Assembly (NCBI GenBank): GCA_033762295.1
Contig: JANRLW010000102.1
Span: forward strand, 1-42,119
Length of the DNA stretch: 42,119 bases
Origin: Capsulimonadales bacterium
Lineage (GTDB): Bacteria; Armatimonadota; Armatimonadia; Armatimonadales; Armatimonadaceae
Direction of reading: 5' to 3'
Positions 18,766 to 26,443 of the stretch are shown piece by piece. Under the pieces are notes generated by a model, which was given only the letters and a program-made list of their open reading frames with translations, was not told the origin of the DNA and ran no database searches. The position numbers and the translations under genes are program-made. The first letter of the stretch is position 1. Every line of letters begins with the position of its first letter.

Positions 18766-21468
18766 CTACATGCGCCGCCGCCGGGCGCGCGGCCCCTGCG
18801 GAATGCCGGGTTTCGGACGCGCTTCGGCGGTTCCCGAACCGTTCTCCGTTACGGAAGTGGAAGACGGGGCCGGAGTCGCCGGGCGGGCCGGAACGATCGG
18901 TCCGGACGAAGAGGACGGTCGATCCGCCAGGCTCGCTTTGCTCGGGGTCGAGGGACGGGACTCATCCCCCCGGCTCGGACCGCTGCCCGCCGCGCGTGGC
19001 GCGGTCGCCGGCTTGCCGGTGGCAAACCATTTCCGGAAATCGTACACCAGCGGCGCGGCATTGAAGATCGAGGAGAACGTTCCGGAAACGATTCCGATCA
19101 ACAGGGCCGCATTGAGCGGGCGGATCACCGGACCGCCCAGAATCAACAGGGCCACGAGGGTGATGATGACCGTCAGCGACGTGAACAGCGATCGCGCAAG
19201 CGTTTCGTTGATGCTGCCGTCAATCGTCGTCGCCAGATCCTCGCCCCGATGCACCTGCAGGTTCTCGCGTATCCGGTCGAAGATGATGATCGTGTCGTGC
19301 ACCGAGAACCCGATCACCGTCAGAGCCGCCGTGATAAACATCGAGTCGACTTTCCAGTTCAGCAGGTAACCCAGCGCACAGAAAAGGCCGACGAGGACCC
19401 CGACATCGTGCAGCATCGCCAGAATCGCCGCGACCCCGTATTTCAGGCCGGTGGTGAAACCGCCGACCGCGAACCGGAAGGCCAGATAGATGACGATAAA
19501 GGCCGAAGCATAGGCGATCGACAGAAGCGCGTTCCGCGTCAGTTCCGTGGAGATCGACCCCCCGATACTCTCAAACCCTTCGCGGGTCACCCCGGGAAAC
19601 GACGTCTGTAGCTGCGCGACAATTCGATCCGCCTCCGCCGCCGTGACCTCGCCCCGCCCTTCCTGTTTCGGCAATCGGACGAAAACCGTGTTCTCGCCCG
19701 CGATCTGCGCGGCAGGGTCCTTGACCCCGGCTGCGGTCACCGCCCGTTCGATCTGACTTCGGGTCGGCACGTTCTGCGCGAACCGCAGGGTCAATTCGGA
19801 ACCGCCGGTGAAGTCGATACCCGGCTTGAACCCGCCCATCACCGCGAAGGCGACGCCCGGCACGATAATCAGAGCGGAAATCCCATACCACATGAAGCGG
19901 CGCGGGACCACCTGCAGGTTCGGCCGCAACTGTCGATGGATGCCCCAGCTTTTCAAATCCCGTGCGCGTCCGTCGCCGACCAGCAACAGAAGCAGGGTCC
20001 GGGTGACGGTGATGGCAGTGAACATCGAGATCGCGACACCGATCAACAGCGTCAGGGCGAAGCCACGGACCGTACCGGTCCCGAAAAAGTACAGCAGAAG
20101 GGACGTGACCGCCGTACACATGTTGGAATCGAAAATCGCCGAGAACGCCCGATGGAACCCGGTTTCGATCGACTGACGCAGGGGGCGACCGGCGCGGAGT
20201 TCCTCTTTGGTCCTCTCGAAAATCAGGATGTTCGCGTCGACCGCCATACCGACCGACAGAATGAAACCGGCGATTCCCGGCAGGGTAAAGGTGACGTTGA
20301 ACAGGAGGAACGCCGCGTACGTGAACAGCGTGTAGAGCAGCAGCGCGACACAGGCGACCATACCGGGCAACAGGTAGTATCCCGCCACGAAGGCGATGAC
20401 CGCGCCGACGCCGACCAGACCCGCGATCAGGCTCTGCCGGACCGCATCCTTCCCCAGGGTCGCTTCGACGCTCTGCTGCTGAACGATCTTCAACGGCACG
20501 GGAAGCGCGCCGCCGTTCAACAGATCGGCGATCCCCTTCGCTTCCTTGATCGTCGCGAAACCGGAAATCTGCGCCCGACCGTTCAGAATCGGCTCATTGA
20601 TATTCGGCGCGGTCAAAATACGGCCGTCCAGATAGATCATCAGGATCTCGTTGGTATGGTCCCGCGTAAACCGCGCGAACTTCTCCTTGCCGTCCCGGTT
20701 GAACTCGAGTTCGATGACCGCCCCGCCGCGTCCCGCCTGATCGAAACCGCTGCGCGCGGTCGGCAGCACGTCCGAGCCGTCCATCTCCTTTCGGGCGGCG
20801 TTCAGAAACTTGTTGAAGTTATCCGCTTCGGTCGCCAGACCCGTCACCTTGGCGACGTCCTCCTCGGCCACACGGGCGGATGTCTTTCCGGCCGCCGCCG
20901 ACAGGTCCGGCAAAGGCGCAGGCAAGGGCGTCTCTTTCGCTTTATCGCCTGCCGCCGCGCCACGGTCCAGAAGCGCGCGAAGGTCGTTGTTGATCTGGTA
21001 CAGGTCGCGGAACGTCTGGCCGCTCGTTCGGTCCGTGATCTGATACAGTTCCCGGTTACCCGCATCGGCGGCACGCCCGATCTCATACTGCCCGAGGTTG
21101 TTGCGATTGGTGACCCAGTTGTTGCTGTAATAGAACTGAAGCTGCGCCGTCGTCTGGAGTTGTTCGAGCACCTCACGCTCATTGCGGATCGCCGGAATCT
21201 CGACGACGAACTGGCGCTCGCCTTTGGTGGTGATCACCGGTTCCGCGACGCCGTTGGCGTTGACCCGGTTATCGATCGTTCGAACGACCGCTTCGCGGGT
21301 CGCCCGATCCCAGGCGCGTCCGGCGGGAAGCTTGGCCGTATCCGCTTCGAGAACGACACGTGCGCCCCCCTGGATATCGAGTCCGAACTTGGGTTTGATG
21401 AGGAAGGCGGTGACCAGCGCGCCCACGGTGAGGAGCACGATCAGATAAGACAGTTGCTGGGGTTTCAT
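18766..21468 (-). CDS. secDF: fused protein translocase SecDF
   Basis: FGLDIQGG, TLPGIAGFILSVGMAVDANILIFER, GIDFTGG, GFSVHDTIIIFDRIRE; long low-complexity C-tail; alternative start at 21504. Confidence 0.96.
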   Translation of the reverse strand: MKPQQLSYLIVLLTVGALVTAFLIKPKFGLDIQGGARVVLEADTAKLPAGRAWDRATREAVVRTIDNRVNANGVAEPVITTKGERQFVVEIPAIRNEREVLEQLQTTAQLQFYYSNNWVTNRNNLGQYEIGRAADAGNRELYQITDRTSGQTFRDLYQINNDLRALLDRGAAAGDKAKETPLPAPLPDLSAAAGKTSARVAEEDVAKVTGLATEADNFNKFLNAARKEMDGSDVLPTARSGFDQAGRGGAVIELEFNRDGKEKFARFTRDHTNEILMIYLDGRILTAPNINEPILNGRAQISGFATIKEAKGIADLLNGGALPVPLKIVQQQSVEATLGKDAVRQSLIAGLVGVGAVIAFVAGYYLLPGMVACVALLLYTLFTYAAFLLFNVTFTLPGIAGFILSVGMAVDANILIFERTKEELRAGRPLRQSIETGFHRAFSAIFDSNMCTAVTSLLLYFFGTGTVRGFALTLLIGVAISMFTAITVTRTLLLLLVGDGRARDLKSWGIHRQLRPNLQVVPRRFMWYGISALIIVPGVAFAVMGGFKPGIDFTGGSELTLRFAQNVPTRSQIERAVTAAGVKDPAAQIAGENTVFVRLPKQEGRGEVTAAEADRIVAQLQTSFPGVTREGFESIGGSISTELTRNALLSIAYASAFIVIYLAFRFAVGGFTTGLKYGVAAILAMLHDVGVLVGLFCALGYLLNWKVDSMFITAALTVIGFSVHDTIIIFDRIRENLQVHRGEDLATTIDGSINETLARSLFTSLTVIITLVALLILGGPVIRPLNAALLIGIVSGTFSSIFNAAPLVYDFRKWFATGKPATAPRAAGSGPSRGDESRPSTPSKASLADRPSSSSGPIVPARPATPAPSSTSVTENGSGTAEARPKPGIPQGPRARRRRM

Positions 21469-21739
21469 AAGGGTTCCTGACCGCGCGACATACGAACGGT
21501 CCATTGTCTGCGCGGGGCAAACAACGAATTATACGTCGGTGGTCGGACACCGTCAAGGAGGCTGCTCGATACGACCCCGCCGCCCGTTGTCGAACGGCGG
21601 AATCTATCGTAGCCCGATCATCGGGTGCGCGATGTCAGTGAATCCGGCGCGTCGATTCCGGCCGGTTCCCCGGTTAACGGTCGCGCCGCACGCAAGAGTC
21701 TTCCGGTTCCTGCCCCTCCGGAAGCCTTTCGAGACGCAA

Positions 21740-21768
21740 TTGACAGTCCCCTTCATTCGTGATACACT
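21740..21768 (+). promoter_or_regulatory. sigma70-type promoter for tRNA-Thr
   Basis: TTGACA(21740)-17 nt-TACACT(21763), with extended TG. Confidence 0.8.
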
Positions 21769-21790
21769 CTACTCCGTCCTTTTGCCTCAT

Positions 21791-21862
21791 GCCGACGTGG
21801 CTCAGTGGTAGAGCAGCTGTTTCGTAAACAGCAGGTCACCGGTTCGAATCCGGTCGTCGGCT
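21791..21862 (+). tRNA. tRNA-Thr(CGT), CCA not encoded
   Basis: GCCGACG/CGTCGGC acceptor, GCTC-AGTGGTA-GAGC D arm, CTGTT-TTCGTAA-ACAGC region with anticodon CGT, GGTTCGAATCC T arm. Confidence 0.96.
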
Positions 21863-21988
21863 TTTCCCTCCGCTTCCTTTCCTCTTCCCATAACTCGAGG
21901 AAATGGCCGCATCCGTCGGTCAAAGCTGACGCCGAAACACCGGGAGGCGAGCGACGCCGTAGTTCGGAACGGCGACACAAGAACCGGA

Positions 21989-22047
21989 TTACGGAGTCCG
22001 TAAGCGGTCAGTAGTGTTTGACCCGAACGCCTCGCTTTTGGTATACT
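21989..22047 (+). promoter_or_regulatory. palindromic site plus promoter upstream of the Hint toxin gene
   Basis: TTACGGA-G-TCCGTAA (21989-22003), then TTGACC(22018)-18 nt-TATACT(22042) with extended TG. Confidence 0.55.
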
Positions 22048-22183
22048 CGAAACCACACTTCCCCGAACGCAGACGAGCGACGCAGGGGCAACAGGGGGCA
22101 GCCATGAACCTGGCCATGAACCTGAACAACGACGCGCCGAACGGAAGGCGCAAGGTCCGAAGACGAAGCAGGCACCGCAGACA

Positions 22184-23428
22184 ATGACGAAGCCGGGCAG
22201 GGCGGCAACGGTCGCGCCGCGCCGACCGTTGGCTCTGTGGACGGTCGGGGTTCTGGTAGTCTTTGCCGCGCTGTTCGGCCTGTGGGGCGTTAACGCCGCG
22301 ACGACGGCAGCGGCGAAGGAGAAAGTAGCCCCCTCGTCCTCATCGCTTGCCACTCTCCCGGCGTCCTTTGCGCCCGACTTTGCCAGCCCTCCCCTGCCCA
22401 TTGCTTCGTCCACCACGCCGGTAACTCCCTTCATGGGAAACGCAGGTATTGTCAAAGCGGGGGACTTAAAGAAAGGCGATACTGTCTGGCATAACGGGCG
22501 TTGGCTGACTGTGGCGAACGTGGAGCGCAAGACGGTTGAGGTCGAAGCGACTCCAACGCCTGCTCCCTCCCCGCAACCCGTTCTGGAAGCCGAACTGAAT
22601 TTGGACCTGTCGGAATCCAACGGCGGGCGCACTTTCGACGTGGGAAGAATCGCTCCGTGTAGTCAACCGGTGTTCCTGGTCAGCGGAGCGAAGGCAACGG
22701 TCGGCGACTTGAAGGTGGGCGACCGCATCCACATGTCCGGCGATAACATCGGGCGTGTGGTCAGCATCACCAAGAAGTGGCACACGCCGACGCCGCCCAA
22801 GTACGACGCAAAGGGCAACGGCTATAACCGGGTTATTGCGACGACCAAGCGCATGGCCGACCGGCTGCTCTATCTGTACACGTCGGCGGAACTGGTGAAG
22901 ACAACGCCGGAACACCCCTTCGCCGTTAAGGGCAAGGGATATGTGGAGGCGGGGCGGCTACAACCCGGCGATGTGTTGGAGACTCAGGACAGTAAGGTTG
23001 TCACCGTCGAGCGCACCGAAGTCCGCAACGAGGCGCAGCTTGTCTACAATCTGGAAGTCGAGAACGCGCACAACTTCTTTGTCGGCAAGAACGCGATGCT
23101 CGTTCACAACGGCGGTGACTGTGTACCTGAAATTATCGAACACATCCCTACTCGTTCTGCTGCTCAAGCTGACCCTGTAAATTTTGAGGCGATGACGCGA
23201 GGTGAGAGACAGAATTGGATGAACTTGTTGCGTGATATAAAAGAAAACGGGATTAAAAGACCAGTAGATTTTATCGAAGACCCAGAAGCTCCTGGAAAAT
23301 TCTGGATTCTTGACGGAAATCACAGAACCCAAGCCGCGCAATTCTCAGGGATTGAAAATATACCTGGTATAAGAAGAACGTTGCCATTTGGTAGCTATAA
23401 ATCCTGGAAAGATGTAAGAGGGTTTTAA
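22184..23428 (+). CDS. polymorphic toxin: N-terminal signal/TM segment, pretoxin HINT domain, C-terminal ParB/Srx-like domain
   Basis: Hydrophobic LALWTVGVLVVFAALFGLWGV; Hint motifs TTPEHPF, EAGRLQPGDVL, VYNLEVENAHNFFVG..AMLVHN; tip DIKENGIKRPV...WILDGNHR..AA..SG...IP. Confidence 0.85.
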   Translation: MTKPGRAATVAPRRPLALWTVGVLVVFAALFGLWGVNAATTAAAKEKVAPSSSSLATLPASFAPDFASPPLPIASSTTPVTPFMGNAGIVKAGDLKKGDTVWHNGRWLTVANVERKTVEVEATPTPAPSPQPVLEAELNLDLSESNGGRTFDVGRIAPCSQPVFLVSGAKATVGDLKVGDRIHMSGDNIGRVVSITKKWHTPTPPKYDAKGNGYNRVIATTKRMADRLLYLYTSAELVKTTPEHPFAVKGKGYVEAGRLQPGDVLETQDSKVVTVERTEVRNEAQLVYNLEVENAHNFFVGKNAMLVHNGGDCVPEIIEHIPTRSAAQADPVNFEAMTRGERQNWMNLLRDIKENGIKRPVDFIEDPEAPGKFWILDGNHRTQAAQFSGIENIPGIRRTLPFGSYKSWKDVRGF

Positions 23429-23438
23429 CGGTCACTGC

Positions 23439-23867
23439 ATGGCTGTCTGGCAAGCTAAATTTAACATCTCTACCGGATATACCCTGCCGTCTGGCTGGAA
23501 GTATTGGTCAGGCTATAAACGCTTGCAAGAACGGCTGTCAGAAATAATGCCTATGGGGAACTCGTGGCATAAAGACTTGCAGTGTTGGGGACAGGATGGT
23601 GGTAATCAAGCTGAGCTATGGCTTCGTGAGGATGACAGCGGTACGTTCAATATTCGAGTCGATTTGAGAGGGGACTATTTTGATTTTATAAGCAAAATAT
23701 CTCTAATACTCGCCGAATTAGGGTTGAAAGTAGAGCATGACGGCGATGTTGTAGAGCCAGATGCGAACAGGATGTTATCAATCGCGCAAGGCTCTAATGC
23801 ATTCCGATTCGTATCTGACCCTCACCGCTTTATTAGGCATCTCAGGCAAGAAAGTCACAATCAATAA
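23439..23867 (+). CDS. putative cognate immunity protein (uncharacterised)
   Basis: 142-aa AT-rich ORF 10 nt after the toxin stop, same strand, followed by a terminator. Confidence 0.7.
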   Translation: MAVWQAKFNISTGYTLPSGWKYWSGYKRLQERLSEIMPMGNSWHKDLQCWGQDGGNQAELWLREDDSGTFNIRVDLRGDYFDFISKISLILAELGLKVEHDGDVVEPDANRMLSIAQGSNAFRFVSDPHRFIRHLRQESHNQ

Positions 23868-23879
23868 ATATGATTAAAC

Positions 23880-23908
23880 CCCGGCGCGGATCGCGCCGGG
23901 TCTTTTCT
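23880..23908 (+). terminator. intrinsic terminator after the toxin-immunity pair
   Basis: CCCGGCGCG-GAT-CGCGCCGGG followed by TCTTTTCT. Confidence 0.75.
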
Positions 23909-23914
23909 CCGTCG

Positions 23915-24360
23915 TCAGAGCCGCTTTTTCTTCTGGGTCGCTACGCCTAACCGTTCCAGCGGGCTTACCCGTTGCTGAACCTCGGCACGGTCGGAACCGA
24001 GAATGTGGACGTAGCGGCTCGTCACCTGTAGGTCACTGTGGCCCAACTGCGCCGACAGGCTGGCTATGTCGCCCCCGGCCAATGTCCATTCCCTGGCGAA
24101 TGAATGGCGCAACGTGTGCGGCGATACCCGCACCCCGTCCACCTTCGCCTTCTGGTTGGCGCGGTACATCGCGTGTTGGAAACTGCTGTATTCTAACGCC
24201 CCGGTTCCGTACTCGTCGGGGAAGAGGTAGGGGTTCCCACCCATCTCCCCCGGCGTTGAAAATACGTCCGCAGGATGCCCGCCATCGTCTCGGAGATATA
24301 GACCGTGCGGGACTTGCGCCCCTTGCCGTAAGGACGGACGCGAACCTCCGCAATCGCCGT
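23915..24360 (-). pseudogene. 5'-truncated, frameshifted tyrosine recombinase/integrase
   Basis: One frame gives VRVRPYGKGRKSRTVYI; another gives YLFP...SPHTLRHSFA...LSAQLGHSDLQVTSRY. The frames join at a G-run (24247-24251). The N-terminus and first catalytic Arg box are absent. Confidence 0.85.
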
Positions 24361-24379
24361 CGCGCCATCGGACGAAAAC

Positions 24380-24433
24380 ATTTCGCCCGATAGCGAAATA
24401 TCCCTTGACAACAGGAGGGTTGGACGGTAGCAT
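24380..24433 (+). promoter_or_regulatory. ars operon promoter with upstream inverted repeat (candidate ArsR operator)
   Basis: ATTTCGC-N6-GCGAAAT (24380-24399); TTGACA(24405)-17 nt-TAGCAT(24428). Confidence 0.7.
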
Positions 24434-24442
24434 CCCTAGCAT

Positions 24443-24910
24443 ATGCCCGAGACCCCTGCCCCCGGTCCTGTCTCCGGTCCGGAAACCCTGCCGACCGAAG
24501 CCAACGCCGATGCCGGTATCGCCGCCATGCTCAAAGCCCTCGGCGAACCGACACGACTGAGAATCTTTCAGTTCCTCCGGTCCTGTTGCTGTCCGGTCGC
24601 CGTCGACGAATCCACCGGAGAAGTCCGCCCCGTCAGCGGACCGACCGTCGGAGAGATCTGCTGTCACATTACCGGACGGGATCGGATCAACTCCACAATC
24701 TCCGAACACCTGAAAGACCTGCGACTCTCCGGCCTGATTCTGGTCGAACGGCGAGGAAAGCAGATGATCTGCGCCGCAAACCCCGCCGCCCTTACCGCCC
24801 TCCGGCTTTTCTTCCATGGCACGGAAACCACACCGCCCATCGCCCGCGCCGACGACGAAAAAAACGCCGCACCCACCTGCTGCGAACCCACGGAAGAACG
24901 AGGTGAATAG
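24443..24910 (+). CDS. arsR: ArsR/SmtB family metalloregulator, Cys-rich
   Basis: LKALGEPTRLRIFQFL, TVGEI, STISEHLKDLRLSGLI..ERRGK; CCC, CC and C-terminal CC clusters. Confidence 0.88.
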   Translation: MPETPAPGPVSGPETLPTEANADAGIAAMLKALGEPTRLRIFQFLRSCCCPVAVDESTGEVRPVSGPTVGEICCHITGRDRINSTISEHLKDLRLSGLILVERRGKQMICAANPAALTALRLFFHGTETTPPIARADDEKNAAPTCCEPTEERGE

Positions 24911-25711
24911 TTGAAGATCGCCATCCTTTCCGATATCCATGCCAACCTGCCCGCCCTGCAAACCGTCGCCGATCATATCGCGCACAGCCACTACGACGCC
25001 GTCTACTGCCTCGGAGATATCGGCGGATATGCCTCACGGCCCAATGAAGTACAGGAACTCCTCGCCGGAAAGGGATGGCCCACGGTCCTCGGCAACTACG
25101 ACGAAGGGGTCGGCTTTCAAAGGGACGACTGCGGCTGCCACTATGTCAAACCGTTTGACATCGCCATGAGTAACGTCTCGTTTCTTTGGACCCGGGAACG
25201 GACCACCGACCCCAATAAGGCATGGCTCCGTGAACTGCCGCGCGAAATCCGCTTCGAGGCGGACGGTCGACGCGTGCTGCTCTGCCACGGTTCCCCACGG
25301 TCGACCACCGAATACCTTTTCGAGAACCGATCCGACGGATTCCTCAAACAGTTCACCCCCGGAGGGAACGACGACGCACAGGCCGACATTATCGTCTTCG
25401 GCCATACTCACGTCCCCTTTCATCGCGTCGTCGAAGGAATCCACTTCGTCAATTCCGGCAGCGTGGGACGCCCCAAAGACGGCGATCCGCGGGCCGGCTA
25501 CTGCGTATTGACCCTGGAAAACGGTTCCCTATCCACCGAACAGGTCCGCCTTGCCTACGATGTCGAGGCGGCGGCACGGTCCCTCGTCGAGGAGGGCCTG
25601 CCCGAGTATTTCGCCGATTACCTCAGAACCGGCGGTTCGGTCACACCCGAACACTATGATGCCGACGGTCGACGCCTGCCCGGATTCGTTCCCGGAACGG
25701 CGAACGCCTGA
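24911..25711 (+). CDS. calcineurin-like metallophosphoesterase with CGC motif (arsenic-operon-associated type)
   Basis: SDIHAN, CLGDIGGY, LGNYD, DCGCHY, HGSP, FGHTH, NSGSVGRPKDGDPRA; TTG start directly after the arsR stop, with GAGGTG RBS. Confidence 0.88.
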   Translation: MKIAILSDIHANLPALQTVADHIAHSHYDAVYCLGDIGGYASRPNEVQELLAGKGWPTVLGNYDEGVGFQRDDCGCHYVKPFDIAMSNVSFLWTRERTTDPNKAWLRELPREIRFEADGRRVLLCHGSPRSTTEYLFENRSDGFLKQFTPGGNDDAQADIIVFGHTHVPFHRVVEGIHFVNSGSVGRPKDGDPRAGYCVLTLENGSLSTEQVRLAYDVEAAARSLVEEGLPEYFADYLRTGGSVTPEHYDADGRRLPGFVPGTANA

Positions 25712-25722
25712 AAGGAGCCCCG

Positions 25723-26439
25723 GTGATTCGTCGTTACCTGGCGGAACTGATCGGCACCTTCGGAATCGTCTTCGCCCCCGTCGCCCTGGCGGCCGTCAGC
25801 GCACGCCCCGGCGGAGAGGGTTCTCTCGCCCTGGCGGCCTTCGTCTCCGGATTGGCCGTGCTCGGAATGATCTACGCGCTCGGGCATATCTCGGCGGCTC
25901 ACTTCAACCCCGCCGTCACTCTGGGGTTCGCCGCGACCGGCCGGTTTCCCTGGCGGTATGTCCCGGCGTACATGATCGCCCAGTTCCTGGGAGGAATTCT
26001 CGCAACGGTCGTCGTCGCGCTGCTTTTCGGAAATGGCGCATGGGGCGTCCATCGGCCCGCGCCGTACCTCACACCGATTCAGGCCGTCGGCGCCGAATGC
26101 GTCCTGACCTTTCTGCTGATGCTGGTCATCATCTCCGTAGCCACCGATAAACGCGCGAACGGCGCGATTCCCGGACTTTCCATCGGTCTGACCGTCGTTT
26201 TCCTGGTGATGATCGGCGGCACGGCCACCGGCGGAAGTATGAATCCCGCACGCTCCTTCGCGCCGGCGTTGCTGGCGGGCGGCAGCTCTCTAGCCTCGTG
26301 GTGGATCTATCTGGTCGGCCCCTCCCTCGGAGCCGTTCTCGCCGCCCGCCTGTACGAGGCCCTTCGGGGCGGGAACGAACACGCTCAGGGTGCGCCGAAC
26401 GACCTGGCGGTCGCGCTCGAACGCACTCTCAGCCATTGA
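25723..26439 (+). CDS. MIP family aquaporin/aquaglyceroporin (probable As(III) channel)
   Basis: YLAELIGTF, HISAAHFNPAVT, GGSMNPARSFAPA; AAGGAG RBS. Confidence 0.93.
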   Translation: MIRRYLAELIGTFGIVFAPVALAAVSARPGGEGSLALAAFVSGLAVLGMIYALGHISAAHFNPAVTLGFAATGRFPWRYVPAYMIAQFLGGILATVVVALLFGNGAWGVHRPAPYLTPIQAVGAECVLTFLLMLVIISVATDKRANGAIPGLSIGLTVVFLVMIGGTATGGSMNPARSFAPALLAGGSSLASWWIYLVGPSLGAVLAARLYEALRGGNEHAQGAPNDLAVALERTLSH

Positions 26440-26443
26440 TCCG

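Larger units (their letters stand above)
21863..24360. mobile_element. degenerate tRNA-Thr-adjacent genomic island (toxin-immunity pair plus integrase remnant); right boundary uncertain and may include the ars operon
   Basis: Follows a tRNA 3' end, has non-host composition and carries a broken tyrosine recombinase; no duplicated tRNA end (attR) was found. Confidence 0.6.

Noticed and set aside
21753..22632. ORFs 21753-21980, 21802-22632 and 21805-22014
   Set aside because: They overlap tRNA-Thr or are antisense to the toxin gene and show no protein motifs.
22184..23428. Reading the gene as a chromosome-partitioning parB containing an intein
   Set aside because: There is no parA, HTH or dimerisation domain. 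The Hint is of the pretoxin type, is followed by Gly rather than Cys/Ser/Thr, and sits behind a TM segment.
23915..24991. 358-aa minus-strand ORF as an intact integrase
   Set aside because: Only the last ~110 aa are recombinase-like; the rest is antisense to arsR, and the true upstream integrase segment is in another frame.
21840..26440. Search for a duplicated tRNA-Thr 3' end (attR) closing the island
   Set aside because: No convincing copy of GGTTCGAATCCGGTCGTCGGC was seen by eye, so the right boundary is left undefined.
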